The position numbers and the translations under genes were made by a program. A DNA stretch of 64,000 nt. Origin: Opitutales bacterium (GTDB taxonomy: Bacteria; Verrucomicrobiota; Verrucomicrobiia; Opitutales; UBA2987). The DNA is taken from assembly GCA_965226885.1 (NCBI GenBank), contig CBDDEL010000016.1, positions 704,001 through 768,000 on the forward strand. The letters are read 5' to 3'. Shown here piece by piece: positions 11,082 to 22,717 of this stretch (positions are counted from its first letter, which is position 1; each line of letters begins with the position of its first letter). The notes under the pieces were generated by a model. It saw nothing but the letters and a program-made list of their open reading frames with translations. It was not told where the DNA came from and searched no databases.

Positions 11082-11507
11082 ATGGCACGCACATTCAAAC
11101 GAAAAGAGCGCCTGAGCGCTTTGTCCGAGATCAACGTCACGCCCTTGATCGATCTGGCTTTCGCCTTGCTCATAATATTTATGATCACGACCCCTCTGCT
11201 GGAGCAATCGATCTCCCTGGAACTTCCGGTGGAATCGCCTAAAACCCAGGATCAATCCGACCAACCTCGATTTCAAACCATATCCATCGACGGGCAAGGA
11301 ATCTATTATTGGAACACCCGGCCCGTTACGCTTGTTGAATTATCGGGTTTGCTGGAAAATTTATCGAGGCAGCCCAAACCGGCGGTTTTAAACATTCGGG
11401 CAGATGCCTCATTGCCCTACCAGAAAGTCATTTCACTCATCGACCTGATCGAGGAAAACCATCTGTCGGAAATCAGCCTCGACACCCAGGTGGGCAACCC
11501 GCCATGA
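11082..11507 (+). CDS. ExbD/TolR family protein
   Basis: EINVTPLID..LLIIFM and IRAD motifs. Confidence 0.93.
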   Translation: MARTFKRKERLSALSEINVTPLIDLAFALLIIFMITTPLLEQSISLELPVESPKTQDQSDQPRFQTISIDGQGIYYWNTRPVTLVELSGLLENLSRQPKPAVLNIRADASLPYQKVISLIDLIEENHLSEISLDTQVGNPP

Positions 11508-12271
11508 ACATTCATTCGAAAAAAGGCCTTTATTATTCGGCCCTCATTCACGGACTGGTTTTGCTCTTGCTGGTGGCGGGAACTTTTTTAAGCGCCTTCC
11601 AGAAGCACCCCGAACCGCACGTTTTTCATTTGCAGGCGCCGCCCTCGAATGTTTCGCGAGAGATGCCGCCCAATTACGAACCGGCCTTGCCCTTCACGGT
11701 CGAGCTGCCCTCGCTGGAAAGCGCCCAGCCATTGCCAAAACCGCCGCCCAGACAAAAGCCGGTTGCAAAGGTGAGTAAACCGGCACCCAAACCAGCGGCC
11801 AAACCCATGTCTCACGATCAGTTTGTGAAGAATTACGACCAGCCCAAACCGAGGAAACGAGCAAGGCCCCCGGTCAGTAAAAAGAATCCACCGGTTGTGC
11901 AAAAAATTGATGTAAAGAGTATCCGCGAAGACCTGAACAGAAATCTAACCGGCCTCAACTTCAATACCCAAGACCGCGCCGTCTCCGCTGTAGAGCAGAA
12001 CCGGCTGAAGGCTTTTCAAAACAATATCTACGAGCTGCTCGACCAGGCCTGGAGAAAACCTAAAAACCTTTCCGGGGCCCAATATACGGCCACCGTCCGT
12101 TTTATGGTAACGGTGGAGGGCGGCATTCTTTTCCAGGAATTTTTAAAACCATCCGGGAACGAAATTTTCGATTCTTCGGTCCGCGCCGCCTTCTCGCAGG
12201 CCGGAGCGGCGGAAAGCCCACCTTGGGGAGAACCGGCGCAAATGGTGCTAACATTTCGATTGATCGAGTAA
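11504..12271 (+). CDS. TonB/TolA-like energy transducer
   Basis: N-terminal TM helix with SxxxH, Pro/Lys-rich linker, C-terminal SGN..FD motif. Confidence 0.85.
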   Translation: MNIHSKKGLYYSALIHGLVLLLLVAGTFLSAFQKHPEPHVFHLQAPPSNVSREMPPNYEPALPFTVELPSLESAQPLPKPPPRQKPVAKVSKPAPKPAAKPMSHDQFVKNYDQPKPRKRARPPVSKKNPPVVQKIDVKSIREDLNRNLTGLNFNTQDRAVSAVEQNRLKAFQNNIYELLDQAWRKPKNLSGAQYTATVRFMVTVEGGILFQEFLKPSGNEIFDSSVRAAFSQAGAAESPPWGEPAQMVLTFRLIE

Positions 12272-12296
12272 GGCCGTTTCTCCGGCAAAAACAGGC

Positions 12297-13699
12297 ATGA
12301 ATCTTTCTGGAAGTGAAATTCTCCTCGTTGAAGACGAGCCTTTGCTGCGCAAACGCCTGGGGCTGCCACTTTGGAAAGCTGGCAAGCCGATGTCGTAGCG
12401 GTCGGCTCGCTGGAGGATGCCCGGCGGGCTCTGCGAGATTTGTCCTTTGATTTTGCCCTGGTCGATATCAACCTGCCAGATGGGCAGGGTCTGGACCTGT
12501 TGCGCGAAAATCGATTTTCACCCAATACCGGTGTCGTTATTATGACGGCGGAGAACGGCGTCAAAAGCGCCGTCGAGGCCATGCGCCTGGGAGCGGGGGA
12601 TTACCTGGGTAAACCGTTCAATCATGAAGAGCTGCACATCGCCTTCGAGCGAAGCCGCCAGATTAAAAAATCCGCCCGCCTGCGCGAATATCGGCAGGAA
12701 GAGGAATCAAAAAACAAAGATATCTTTTTCTTCGGCCAAAGCCTGGCCGGGGTAAAAGGGCAAATGGAAAAAATCCTGCTGGCGGACCGGCGTTTGAAGG
12801 AGGGACTGCCGCCTGTCCTGATTGAAGGCGAGACCGGCACCGGGAAGACTTCCATTGCTCGGTGGCTGCATCAGGAAGGGCCCAGGAGAGACCAGCCGCT
12901 GGTCGAAATCAACTGCTCCTCCCTTCCCGAAACCCTCGCCGAATCGGAACTTTTTGGCCATGAAAAAGGCGCTTTCACGGACGCCCGCAGCACCCGTATA
13001 GGGCTCTTTGAAGCGGCTGACGGGGGCACCTTTTTTCTGGACGAAATTCCCAGCCTTTCCGCATCCATCCAGGCCAAAGTGCTGACCGCCCTGGAGGATG
13101 GAAAAATTCGACGGGTGGGCGGAACGCGGGAAATTCCGGTCAATATCCGTATCATTGCCGCCACCAACAAAGAACTCCGGAATTTGGTGGCGCGAGGAGA
13201 ATTCCGGGAAGACCTCTACCACCGGCTCGATTTATTGCGCCTGGGCATTCCGCCCTTGAGAGAAAGAGGAGGCGATATCCTCAAACTTTCAGAACAACTC
13301 CTGAAAAGACTGGCGGAACGCTACCGGATTGAAAAACCAACCATTTCGAAAATCGGCGCGGCGCGTTTGAGGCATTATCTATGGCCGGGAAATGTGCGCG
13401 AACTGGCCCATGAGCTGGAGCGATCCATCGTCCTGGGCGACGGCGGCGAACTTGAATTTTCACGACTGGAGACCGGGGTTGAACTTAACCCGAATTCTCC
13501 AGATGCAGCAACAGCGCCGAATGAATGGCTGGAGCCTGGCTGGGCGCTCCCGCCAAGCGGATTCAGTCTGGAAGAAGCGATCGACCGGCTGATCGCCTTG
13601 GCCCTCGAACAAACCAAGGGCAATGTCTCCTCTGCCGCCCGCCTGCTGGGGGTCAAGCGCGACTATATTCGCTATCGTCTTTCCGGCAAACGCCCTTGA
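12297..13699 (+). pseudogene. Sigma-54-dependent (NtrC-like) response regulator with 5' frameshift
   Basis: ATG 12297 gives MNLSGSEILLVEDEPLLRKRL, out of frame at the G4 run (12359-12362) with the main ORF carrying DINLPD, GETGTGKT, GAFTDA and a Fis HTH. Confidence 0.75.
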
Positions 13700-13779
13700 C
13701 CGGCCAGGTGTAAAAAAAAGGGCCTATCTCGATCTTTTTGATAGGGGAAAAAAGAAAATGTAACTTCTCTAATTTTAAC

Positions 13780-16053
13780 CTAACGTTTAAGAGGAACAAT
13801 TTGATGGGCGCGTTCGTCCATTTTTGGGAAATCCTTTTTAACACGCGCCAGGAGGGCTTCGGGCTTGTTCTCCCTCAGATAGATTTTCAGGTAGTGTATA
13901 AAAAAAGAATGTTATTTTGTATTTTTAGCTGAACAAATAGCGTTAGGCAGTTTATTCTTAGTGCATGGTTACTAAAATTATTAATTGTCGGCACTGTGGA
14001 AGTGAAAATATCATTAAATTTGGCAAGACGCCCAACCATAAGCAGCGCTACCGCTGCCATGATTGTGGTAAACAAAGCCGCGAAAACCCCACAGTGAAAT
14101 ACACCGCAGAGCAGAAAGAAATGATCCTTCGAGTCTATCAGGAACGCAGCAGTCTACGCGGTTTACAGCGCGCCTTCGGGGTGAGTCCCAACACCGTTTT
14201 GAGTTGGTTAAAAAAAACGACAATCGCTGCGACCGCTCAAAAGCACGATTCTTGCGGCCCGCCGCCATGATGTCATTGAACTGGACGAACTGTGGTCTTT
14301 TGTGGGGCGCAAGAGCGATGCCCAATGGGTTTGGATCGCTCTTTGCCGACGCACCCGTCAAATCCTCTCCTATGCCATTGGGCCTCGGGATTGGTATCGT
14401 TGCCGGGAACTTTACGAGCGTCTGCCACGGGCCTACAAAAGATGTGCCACCTACAGCGACTTTTGGAGCACTTATGATGAAGTCTTTCCTCATAACCGAT
14501 CCGTGGGAAAAGAAACCGGTGAAACGGCCCATGTGGAATGATGGAACAATACCCTGCGCCAACGACTGGGTCGTTTCACACGCAAAACCCTCTCCTTTTC
14601 CAAGCTTAAGAGTATGCATGAAACCTGTCTGAGACTTTTCATTCATCAATATAATCAAGAATTAGCCACCATTCCTACTTAATACACTACCGATTTTCAT
14701 GCGCCAGGTTTGCTCCGCCGGAGATGCTTTCGCGGGCAGCCATTGGGGGCTGGTGTGGAGGCAGTCATGCCAGGCCTGGCACATCGAATCGGCTGAGCCA
14801 TCGGCCAATGCCACGAGGTATTTGCGATCCCGTGAAACCGTTCCAATGATGGGCATGGTATAGCGATCGGAACTTGTGTCGGCCCAACTGTCAGGCTGGG
14901 GTTTGGGTGGATTTTTCCAGACTCCGACATACACCTGGACCCAGGGCGGATTGTTTTTAGGGTCGTCCGGGGGACGGGCGGGAATTTTGTGCCGGGCAGT
15001 TTGGTTGAGGAAAGTGCGCCCTTTTTCCGTGAATATAAAGCATCGCTCAACGAACTCGGGATAATTATCGGTTTCCGGTTTTTCGCTTTTGAAATGCGGG
15101 GCTCTTCTCAACTGAAAACAGATATTAGGGGTAGGCAGCTTATCCGGCAGACTTTCCGCATTGCCGGGATCGGCAACGGCCTTGACGATGAATTCAACTG
15201 CTCCCGGCGTGGGGACAATCGCTCCCGGCGTGGGGACAATCTCGGTTTTGAAGCGAAAAACATGCTCATCCCTCCTGACGCGATGTTCCATCTCGACAAA
15301 CCCGCCCTCTAAAGCTCCTGCGCCAATGAACTCGACACCCGGATTCTCATAGCACCAGCTATCGCATGTAAAACCGGGTAATTCTGGAAATCGAGCCGAT
15401 ACAAGCAAATCCTCGCCCCGCTGCCAGACCCCCAGAGTTGGAAGCCGCCTGGGATCCGGATTAAGGGAATGGGCATTGAGGATTTCACGGTTCAGCGTCA
15501 TGGTTGCCAATGGTGTGGCCCGTGGCTTGTTGCTCTGATGGATGCTGTCAACAAAAAGGTATCCCTGGGGGTGGCCGCTACGGTCGTCCACGATCTGGAT
15601 TCGGGCATCCTGGCCAACCAGAGTGGAAACATCCCAGCTAAACCATTCCAGGTTTTCAAGATTGATGGGAAGAGCGGTTTTTGCGAGCTCGCCATTGACC
15701 AGCAACCCAATGTAAATATCGCTGGTTTTGCCACCGCCGAGAAGGAGATTAATATACCGTCTTTGGACTTCGAATGGGGCCGAGGTTATTTCTCCTTCCG
15801 CCTTGTGTCCTCCAAAATAACTGGTGGCGAATCCCGTTCCCTCAAAACCTTTTACGTTATGGGAAGAAATTTCACCTGAGCGGGCCGGAGCAACCCCGAA
15901 AGCTTCACCGCTGATGTCCCATGGGCCGAAATCAGTCCCTTCAAAATCGGCGATGAGAATATCATCCGGGGAACCGGCAAAAAGCCCCGAAAATCCAGCC
16001 AGAAGGATGGTTGAGAGAATTGAAATTTCTATTTTCATTTGCATGTTCCGCAA
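13780..16053 (-). pseudogene. Secreted protein with GH32-associated-like N-terminal domain, interrupted near its C-terminus by IS1
   Basis: Signal peptide, DILIADFEG..W...GEAFG motif; reading resumes across the TSD as MKIYLRENKPEALL...KR* ending 13780. Confidence 0.7.
13890..14691 (+). mobile_element. IS1-family element, copy 1 (nonsense codon in insB)
   Basis: IRs GGTAGTGTAT / ATACACTACC; 8-bp TSD GATTTTCA; InsA zinc finger CRHC..CHDC; DELWSFV; TGA at 14539-14541 where copy 2 has CGA. Confidence 0.95.
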
Positions 16054-16158
16054 TTTAACACACCTAGCCGGATTTCCGGTTTATCGAATAAATTCGTTTT
16101 CGATAGCCAAGCCACATGGCAGGGGCATGACAACGAGCCGGGGACGGCCCGTTCCACC

Positions 16159-16953
16159 TTATTTTCCTGCTTGTTCTTTGGCCCAGGCGGAAAGTTTGGT
16201 GATTTCCTGGGCCAGACTTTGGGTGTGGTTCTGGAACCATTCGCTGCCTTTTTCTTGGGTGGCGGCGGCGGCGGCGCCCACGATGCCGGTTTTGGAGATG
16301 TCTCCTGTGATCCAGGTATAAGTGGCGGACCCGCCCTCGGGCCGCAATTCTCCGGCCATGCCAAGCCGGGCGGGATATTCGCATCCGGCCTGGGACATGT
16401 CCACCAATCCATCGGTAACTTCCAGCATGATGGAGGTTTCCCACTCATTGGCGTGAAAACCGAAGGCTTCTTCCTGGGGGGAGAGGATCGGTTTGAATTT
16501 AGAGGTTAAAAAAACGGTCCTCATGCCCAGTTCATCTTGAATCTGGCGCATGGTATAGCGCAAAACGGAAATGTTGCCACCGTGGGTATTTAAAACGACC
16601 AGGGTACGGAATCCCCAGGTATGCAACTGGCGGGCAATGGAGGTTAGTAGCCGGCCCAGGGTACGGGTCGAGACGAAGAGAGTTCCGGGAAAACCACGGT
16701 GCTCGTCGCTTTTGCCAATGGTAATCGGGGGAGCCACCAAAACAGGTACGTCATCGGGTACCAGTGGCAAGGCGGCGCTAAGGTAAGCCTGGCCGAGAAT
16801 GGCATCGACGCCGACGGGCAGATGAGGCCCATGCTGCTCGATGGCCCCGGTCGGTATGATAACCGGAACGGTTTCTTTATCGGTAATGGCCGCAATTTGC
16901 TCCAGGGTCATGGCAGGGAGATAGCGGCTGCGGTATTTAGGCAGTTGCACCAT
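16159..16953 (-). CDS. Creatininase-family amidohydrolase
   Basis: GAIEQHGPHLP..VD, NTHGGN and HANEWETS metal motifs. Confidence 0.92.
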   Translation of the reverse strand: MVQLPKYRSRYLPAMTLEQIAAITDKETVPVIIPTGAIEQHGPHLPVGVDAILGQAYLSAALPLVPDDVPVLVAPPITIGKSDEHRGFPGTLFVSTRTLGRLLTSIARQLHTWGFRTLVVLNTHGGNISVLRYTMRQIQDELGMRTVFLTSKFKPILSPQEEAFGFHANEWETSIMLEVTDGLVDMSQAGCEYPARLGMAGELRPEGGSATYTWITGDISKTGIVGAAAAATQEKGSEWFQNHTQSLAQEITKLSAWAKEQAGK

Positions 16954-16955
16954 TT

Positions 16956-17717
16956 TTATATGCCTTTCTTTTGGTAAATGACTCCGTCGTGCGGCAAGGG
17001 CGGGCGGTCCCCCACTTCAAGGAGTAGTCCGGCGAGTAGTTCCCCGGCTTGCCGAAGCCTTCTGGCTCCTTCCCGGCGGCCTTCCTCGAGGGGCACAAAA
17101 TCGGTCAGGGCCGGGGCATGGTCCACTTCGCCCGGGGTGAGGGCATCGGAAGGCACCGTGTCGCTGGATATTACCGGCTCCTGTTCCATCAGGTAAGTGC
17201 CCAGGGTCTGTAATTGCTTTCGCGAATCGCTCCGCACGGGGTGAAAGTCAAGCCCCAGGCCGTGAAGATTGATACTGAACAATTGCATGGCATACTTGAT
17301 GCGAAGATCGCGGGCGCATGCTTTGTTGATCATTTCCTCGTTCCAGGGGCTGGTGTTGAAAAAAACGACTTTCTTGAACCCTGTGATATGGATTGAGTGG
17401 ACGACTTCCTCGACATAATCATAGGCCGTATCGGGATCGAGACTGAAAGCGCAGTTTTGGTAGGGGCCGAGGACAAATCGAAGGGGTGGCGCCAAAATGA
17501 AAGGGAGAAATCCCTTAATGGTTTTGACGGCCTGTTTGAATATAGCCAAACCCACGGTTTCCTCCAGGTCCATGGGGTGCCCCAAACCCCAATCGGCGAA
17601 ACCGAAAACGGGGACCACCACGATGTAATTGTGTTTGTCCTCGATCTCGGCAAACCGGGTCCAGGAACGATGGGCCCAAAAGGTGGATTTATCAACATCT
17701 GCAATATAGGTCATCAT
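16956..17717 (-). CDS. Creatininase-like protein with degenerate active site
   Basis: Same layout as neighbour but GFADWGLGHPMDLE and NTSPWN in place of the metal motifs. Confidence 0.7.
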   Translation of the reverse strand: MMTYIADVDKSTFWAHRSWTRFAEIEDKHNYIVVVPVFGFADWGLGHPMDLEETVGLAIFKQAVKTIKGFLPFILAPPLRFVLGPYQNCAFSLDPDTAYDYVEEVVHSIHITGFKKVVFFNTSPWNEEMINKACARDLRIKYAMQLFSINLHGLGLDFHPVRSDSRKQLQTLGTYLMEQEPVISSDTVPSDALTPGEVDHAPALTDFVPLEEGRREGARRLRQAGELLAGLLLEVGDRPPLPHDGVIYQKKGI

Positions 17718-17756
17718 AGCGGCATCCTTTTGCGAATATACATAGATTCAATCAGG

Positions 17757-18266
17757 TCAATTAATTGCATCCTCCAGATCATCATCTTTAAAACTTAAAA
17801 ATATAAGGGAAGTGCCCATCATTGCAAACATGCGAAAAGCGGCATCCTGGCCATTCCAATCTTCCGATTGCCACATTAAAAACCATTCTCCACCCACCGT
17901 AATGAAGGCCACATACCATTGCAGCAAGATTACAGTTAGCCCGATGGTGGCAATCTTTTTCGCTCTATTGAAAGCGGCCCCACTGCCCTTCAGGAATCGG
18001 GCCAATACGACCGTGCCCCAAACACACAATACCAAGGCGATGGTTTCCCACAAAATGATGGACCCGTAAAAAAGGGTGTGGATTTGGGGGGAATCGATAG
18101 CCCGCCACATCAGCTGATTGTCCTCGAAAGCAGTGGACATGGAGAGAACACCCTCGACGAAGAGGTAGTTCGACCTGTAATCGGTCAGATTGTTGAGGAC
18201 TACAAATGCCAGAAACAAGGCGGTGGCCGCCACCAGGGAAATTTTACAGAGACGTATGGCCAACAT
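17757..18266 (-). CDS. DUF2165-like membrane protein
   Basis: NNLTDY.SN..FV..VLSM and GGEWFLMWQS..WNGQ motifs. Confidence 0.85.
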   Translation of the reverse strand: MLAIRLCKISLVAATALFLAFVVLNNLTDYRSNYLFVEGVLSMSTAFEDNQLMWRAIDSPQIHTLFYGSIILWETIALVLCVWGTVVLARFLKGSGAAFNRAKKIATIGLTVILLQWYVAFITVGGEWFLMWQSEDWNGQDAAFRMFAMMGTSLIFLSFKDDDLEDAIN

Positions 18267-18443
18267 GAATCGAGAATGTAAACAGGAAAAAGCGGTCATG
18301 CCAAGAAGCTTTTGCGCCGCTTGCAAATTGCTTTTGTTGTCTATGCGGCTCCTTGACAATGCTTTGCCGATGGTGCTGGATAGGAAATCACCACCTCGCC
18401 AACCCGGCGGTTGGTATTTGCCCTCAAACCTTTTCTAACCGTC

Positions 18444-19763
18444 ATGCTGGAAAAATTATTTCACCTGCGCGAGCACGAGACCAACGTTCGGACCGAAGTT
18501 TTGGCCGGATTGACCACCTTTGCGGCAATGTCCTATGTGCTGGTGGTCAACCCAGGCATTCTGCATGCGGGCGGAATGCCCATTGCGGGATTGATTACGG
18601 TGACGGCCCTTTCCGCCGCGGTGGGCACCTTCATCATGGCCTTGCTGACCAATTACCCGGTAGCCCTGGCACCGGGGATGGGGCTAAACGCGTTTTTCGC
18701 CTATACGGTCTGCCTGGGTTTGGGGGTTCCCTGGGAAGCGGCCCTAGGCATGACTTTCTGGAACGGCATCCTCTTCCTGCTGCTTTCCCTCACCGGCGTC
18801 CGCACAAAAATTGCCCACGCCATACCCCACAACCTGAAAATTGGAGTCCAATGCGGGATCGGGCTTTTTATCGCTTTTCTAGGGCTGCGCAACGGCGGCA
18901 TTATCGTCGGCCATCCGGCCACCTTCGTGACTATGGGCAACCTTTCTTCGGGATCGTCCCTGCTGGTCTTGTTCGGGATCGCCTTGACCGTCATCCTGGT
19001 TATCAGGAAAGTGCCGGGAGCGATTTTGCTGTCTATCGCGGCCGTTACCGTGATCGGGTTCGCGGTGCCCTCCGGGGACGGTTTTGTGACGCGTCTGCCG
19101 GAAAAGATTGTCGGCCTGCCGGAAAGCATGGAAAATACCTTTTTGCGTTTCGACCTGATGTATCCGGTTATCAACATTGGCGAATCCTGGACCATCATTC
19201 TGGCAATGCTTTTCGTCAATATGTTCGACACCATCGGCACGCTTATCGGGGTCTCCCGACGGGCCGGTCTGGTGGATAAAACCGGGCAGTTGCCGAAAAT
19301 GGGCCATGCCCTGACGGCCGACGCGGCCGCCACGGTGGTGGGAAGCTGCCTGGGCACATCCACCGTCACTTCCTATATTGAATCGGCGGCGGGGGTGGAA
19401 ACGGGTGGCCGAACGGGCCTGACAGCCGTTGTGGTGGGCATCTGTTTTCTGTTGGCTCTTTTTTTCACTCCCGTGCTGGCCATCATTCCGGCCGTGGCCA
19501 CAGCACCGGCCCTGGTTATGGTCGGTATTTTCATGATGGAAGCCATCCGGCATGTGGATTTCGGGGACTTGAGGGAATTTGCGCCGACAGTGGTGACGTT
19601 GCTGGTCATGCCGCTGGCCTTCAGCATCAGCGAGGGCATTGCGGTCGGTTTTATCGTTTACGTGGCCGTAATGGCTGGCACGGGGCGCTGGAAAAACATC
19701 TCGATTTTGACCTATGTGCTGGCCGCGGTTTTCCTGGCCCGTTACATTTTCGACCTCAGATAG
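18444..19763 (+). CDS. NCS2/AzgA-type nucleobase permease
   Basis: TEVLAGLTTF, APGMGLNAFF, YIESAAGVETGGRTGLT. Confidence 0.93.
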   Translation: MLEKLFHLREHETNVRTEVLAGLTTFAAMSYVLVVNPGILHAGGMPIAGLITVTALSAAVGTFIMALLTNYPVALAPGMGLNAFFAYTVCLGLGVPWEAALGMTFWNGILFLLLSLTGVRTKIAHAIPHNLKIGVQCGIGLFIAFLGLRNGGIIVGHPATFVTMGNLSSGSSLLVLFGIALTVILVIRKVPGAILLSIAAVTVIGFAVPSGDGFVTRLPEKIVGLPESMENTFLRFDLMYPVINIGESWTIILAMLFVNMFDTIGTLIGVSRRAGLVDKTGQLPKMGHALTADAAATVVGSCLGTSTVTSYIESAAGVETGGRTGLTAVVVGICFLLALFFTPVLAIIPAVATAPALVMVGIFMMEAIRHVDFGDLREFAPTVVTLLVMPLAFSISEGIAVGFIVYVAVMAGTGRWKNISILTYVLAAVFLARYIFDLR

Positions 19764-19961
19764 ATAGAGGCTGTCCCAAAAGGGTGATTTTTGCGAGGGC
19801 TTTTGATAGGCGCTCATTTTAGAGGTATTTGCATTTGGGAGAGTATCAACTTTGCTCTCCTATGACGTTAGGATACTGGTTTTGGGGTCCGGTTGCCTGG
19901 TTTTCTTTGTATGAGCCGACAGTACGGCTGTGAAAAAGTATTGTCCTTGCTTTTCCGCTCT

Positions 19962-21466
19962 CTAGGCCGCCGCTTTGGTTTTTAGTTCGTCTTGCTGGGC
20001 CAGCATCTTGGCTACTTTCCATAGGTTGTGCGAGAGTACCGACCAGGCTACGCTGATCGAGCGGTTGGCAAAGCCTTTGCTGCGCAACCGCCCGGCCTGC
20101 CAGCGATTCTTCAATACCCCGATCCGCCCTTCGGTGCTGGCCCGGCGCTTTTGCAATTGTCTGAACAGTGGTTCCTCCCTCCGTTTTTTCAACTGCTTCG
20201 GATCGCGTGGACAGAGCGCGTCGTAGATTCCCTCCTGGGCTAACTGCCGGCGGGCCCGCTGGGAGGCAAATCCCCGGTCCGCGCACATGGCCGCTATGGG
20301 TTCTTCCAGGTTGAAGCGGTTCTGTCTTTGCAAACTCTCTAGCATTTGTTCATTTTCGCTTGGAGTTCGGCTGCCGTAGAGTTTCCAGTCCAGCAGGTAC
20401 CCTTCAACGCTTTCTCCCAAAAACAGGGTGTTGCCGAACTCGACCTCTTGGCCCGCTTTACCTCGCACAATCACCTGCCCATCGAGTTCGTAAACACTCA
20501 AGACTTTCTCTGCGTTTTTCACCTGGCGGCCGCCAATGATCCGCTCGTGCGCCTGTTTGATGACCACCGGGATTTGCTCGCTCATGCGCTCCATCCGGGC
20601 GAGGATCTGTTGGACCTGTTTTTCGCTGTAATCGCTTTGCTCCCAGCAGGCTTGCAATAATTCCCGGTGACTGCGGGCATGCTCCCCGATCCGTTTGAGC
20701 AGCTTTTTCATCTGCCTCAAGATACCCTTGCGCTGCCGCGCGCTGTCCTTTCGCCGCCGGCTGTGGGTCATCTGTATGCACAGCCGATTCATCTGCCGAG
20801 CCAAGGGCTCCGGTTCGATCGGCATGCGATGGCGCAAACCGGCCTTCTCGCGGATCAGCCGGATCGCTTTGAGCAACGTGCCGGCTACATCCTTGAGTAA
20901 TACCCAGTCCGTCGGCCAATGAATGTTAGCCTCCAAACAGGTGCCGTCGATCAGGCAAATGGTGGTGTCAATCGGCTTGTCCAATCCCACCTGCCGGGCC
21001 AGAAGGGCATCGCCCACCACCTCAGTCAAGGTCCGGTGCAAGGCCCTCAACTGCTCTTCGCTGAAAAACTTCGAGGCCCGCTCCAGGGTGCTTTTGGAGA
21101 TGCCCCTGATGCCATCGATCTGCCGGACACGGCAAAAGTCGGCCAACAGATCGCTGCTGCCCAGAGCCCGCGACAAATGCCGAAACGAAATCCCTCCGAG
21201 CAGACGGCCCAGCGTATCCATGCGCAGTGCCTTGATGGCAAAACTGGCCCGCTGCCGCCGGGCCTTTAGACCCATTGGCGGCCACCCCTCCAAGGCCAGC
21301 TCAATGGCCTGCGATTCCACCTCCGAGTCGATCAGCAGCCGATCGATTCGATCAATGGTGGCCGATCGATTCGATCAATGGTGGCGCGGAAGTTATCGTA
21401 ATCGAGGCTCCGGTCGACCACAGTTAAAGCTGGACGCAGGAGGCATTGGATGGCTATATTTTTCAT
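19962..21466 (-). pseudogene. IS5/ISNCY-like transposase, frameshifted by 23-bp duplication
   Basis: 1505 bp versus 1482 bp; CGATCGATTCGATCAATGGTGGC doubled at 21340-21385. Confidence 0.9.
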
Positions 21467-21514
21467 AGAAAGGGCTATATTGATTTTCGCTAACTCAATT
21501 ATAGAACCCTTTTT

Positions 21515-22316
21515 GGTAGTGTATTAAGTAGGAATGGTGGCTAATTCTTGATTATATTGATGAATGAAAAGTCTCAGACAGGTTTCATGCATACTCTTAA
21601 GCTTGGAAAAGGAGAGGGTTTTGCGTGTGAAACGACCCAGTCGTTGGCGCAGGGTATTGTTCCATCGTTCCACATGGGCCGTTTCACCGGTTTCTTTTCC
21701 CACGGATCGGTTATGAGGAAAGACTTCATCATAAGTGCTCCAAAAGTCGCTGTAGGTGGCACATCTTTTGTAGGCCCGTGGCAGACGCTCGTAAAGTTCC
21801 CGGCAACGATACCAATCCCGAGGCCCAATGGCATAGGAGAGGATTTGACGGGTGCGTCGGCAAAGAGCGATCCAAACCCATTGGGCATCGCTCTTGCGCC
21901 CCACAAAAGACCACAGTTCGTCCAGTTCAATGACATCATGGCGGCGGGCCGCAAGAATCGTGCTTTTGAGCGGTCGCAGCGATTGTCGTTTTTTTTAACC
22001 AACTCAAAACGGTGTTGGGACTCACCCCGAAGGCGCGCTGTAAACCGCGTAGACTGCTGCGTTCCTGATAGACTCGAAGGATCATTTCTTTTTGCTCTTC
22101 GGTGTATTTCACTGTGGGGTTTTCGCGGCTTTGTTTACCACAATCATGGCAGCGGTAGCGCTGTTTATGGTTGGGCGTCTTGCCAAATTTAATGATATTT
22201 TCACTTCCACAGTGCCGACAATTAATAATTTTAGCAACCATGCACTAAAAATAAACTGCCTAACGCTATTTGTACAGCTAAAAATACAAAATAACATTCT
22301 TTTTTTATACACTACC
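21515..22316 (-). mobile_element. IS1-family element, copy 2
   Basis: IRs GGTAGTGTAT; 8-bp TSD CCCTTTTT; insA 21936-22241, insB open to 21524. Confidence 0.95.
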
Positions 22317-22717
22317 CCCTTTTTTGGCCGGATCGAGCAAAAACTTGCTCTTTCCGGCTCTTTTTATCAACGTCATCCAGTTGACTATAAAATCTTTATA
22401 TTTTTGGGACAGCCTCTAGATAGTGGAAAGTATGGGGCTGCCGATGAAAAATCTCCGATTATGCCGGGGAAGGGAAATCATTTCACTTAAGGATTTTTAA
22501 ACTTTTCCCGAAAAAAGGAATGGATGAATGCCTGACAAAAAACTGGTTTGAAAAATAAGAATGCTCAACAAGACATTTTTTCGACAGAACTTTCTGTTTC
22601 TTATTGACAAGGCAATCCTTCCAAAGACTGTTGTTTCGGAATTTCCGAACCCAGGCATGGGCGGAAATTTTTAACAGTTTAGACAATTATAAAAATCCAG
22701 CTTTGTTGAAAAAGAAA

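Larger units (their letters stand above)
19767..22416 (-). mobile_element. IS5/ISNCY-like element, copy B, carrying nested IS1
   Basis: IRs GAGGCTGTCCCAAAA; 6-bp TSD TAGATA overlapping the permease stop codon. Confidence 0.95.
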
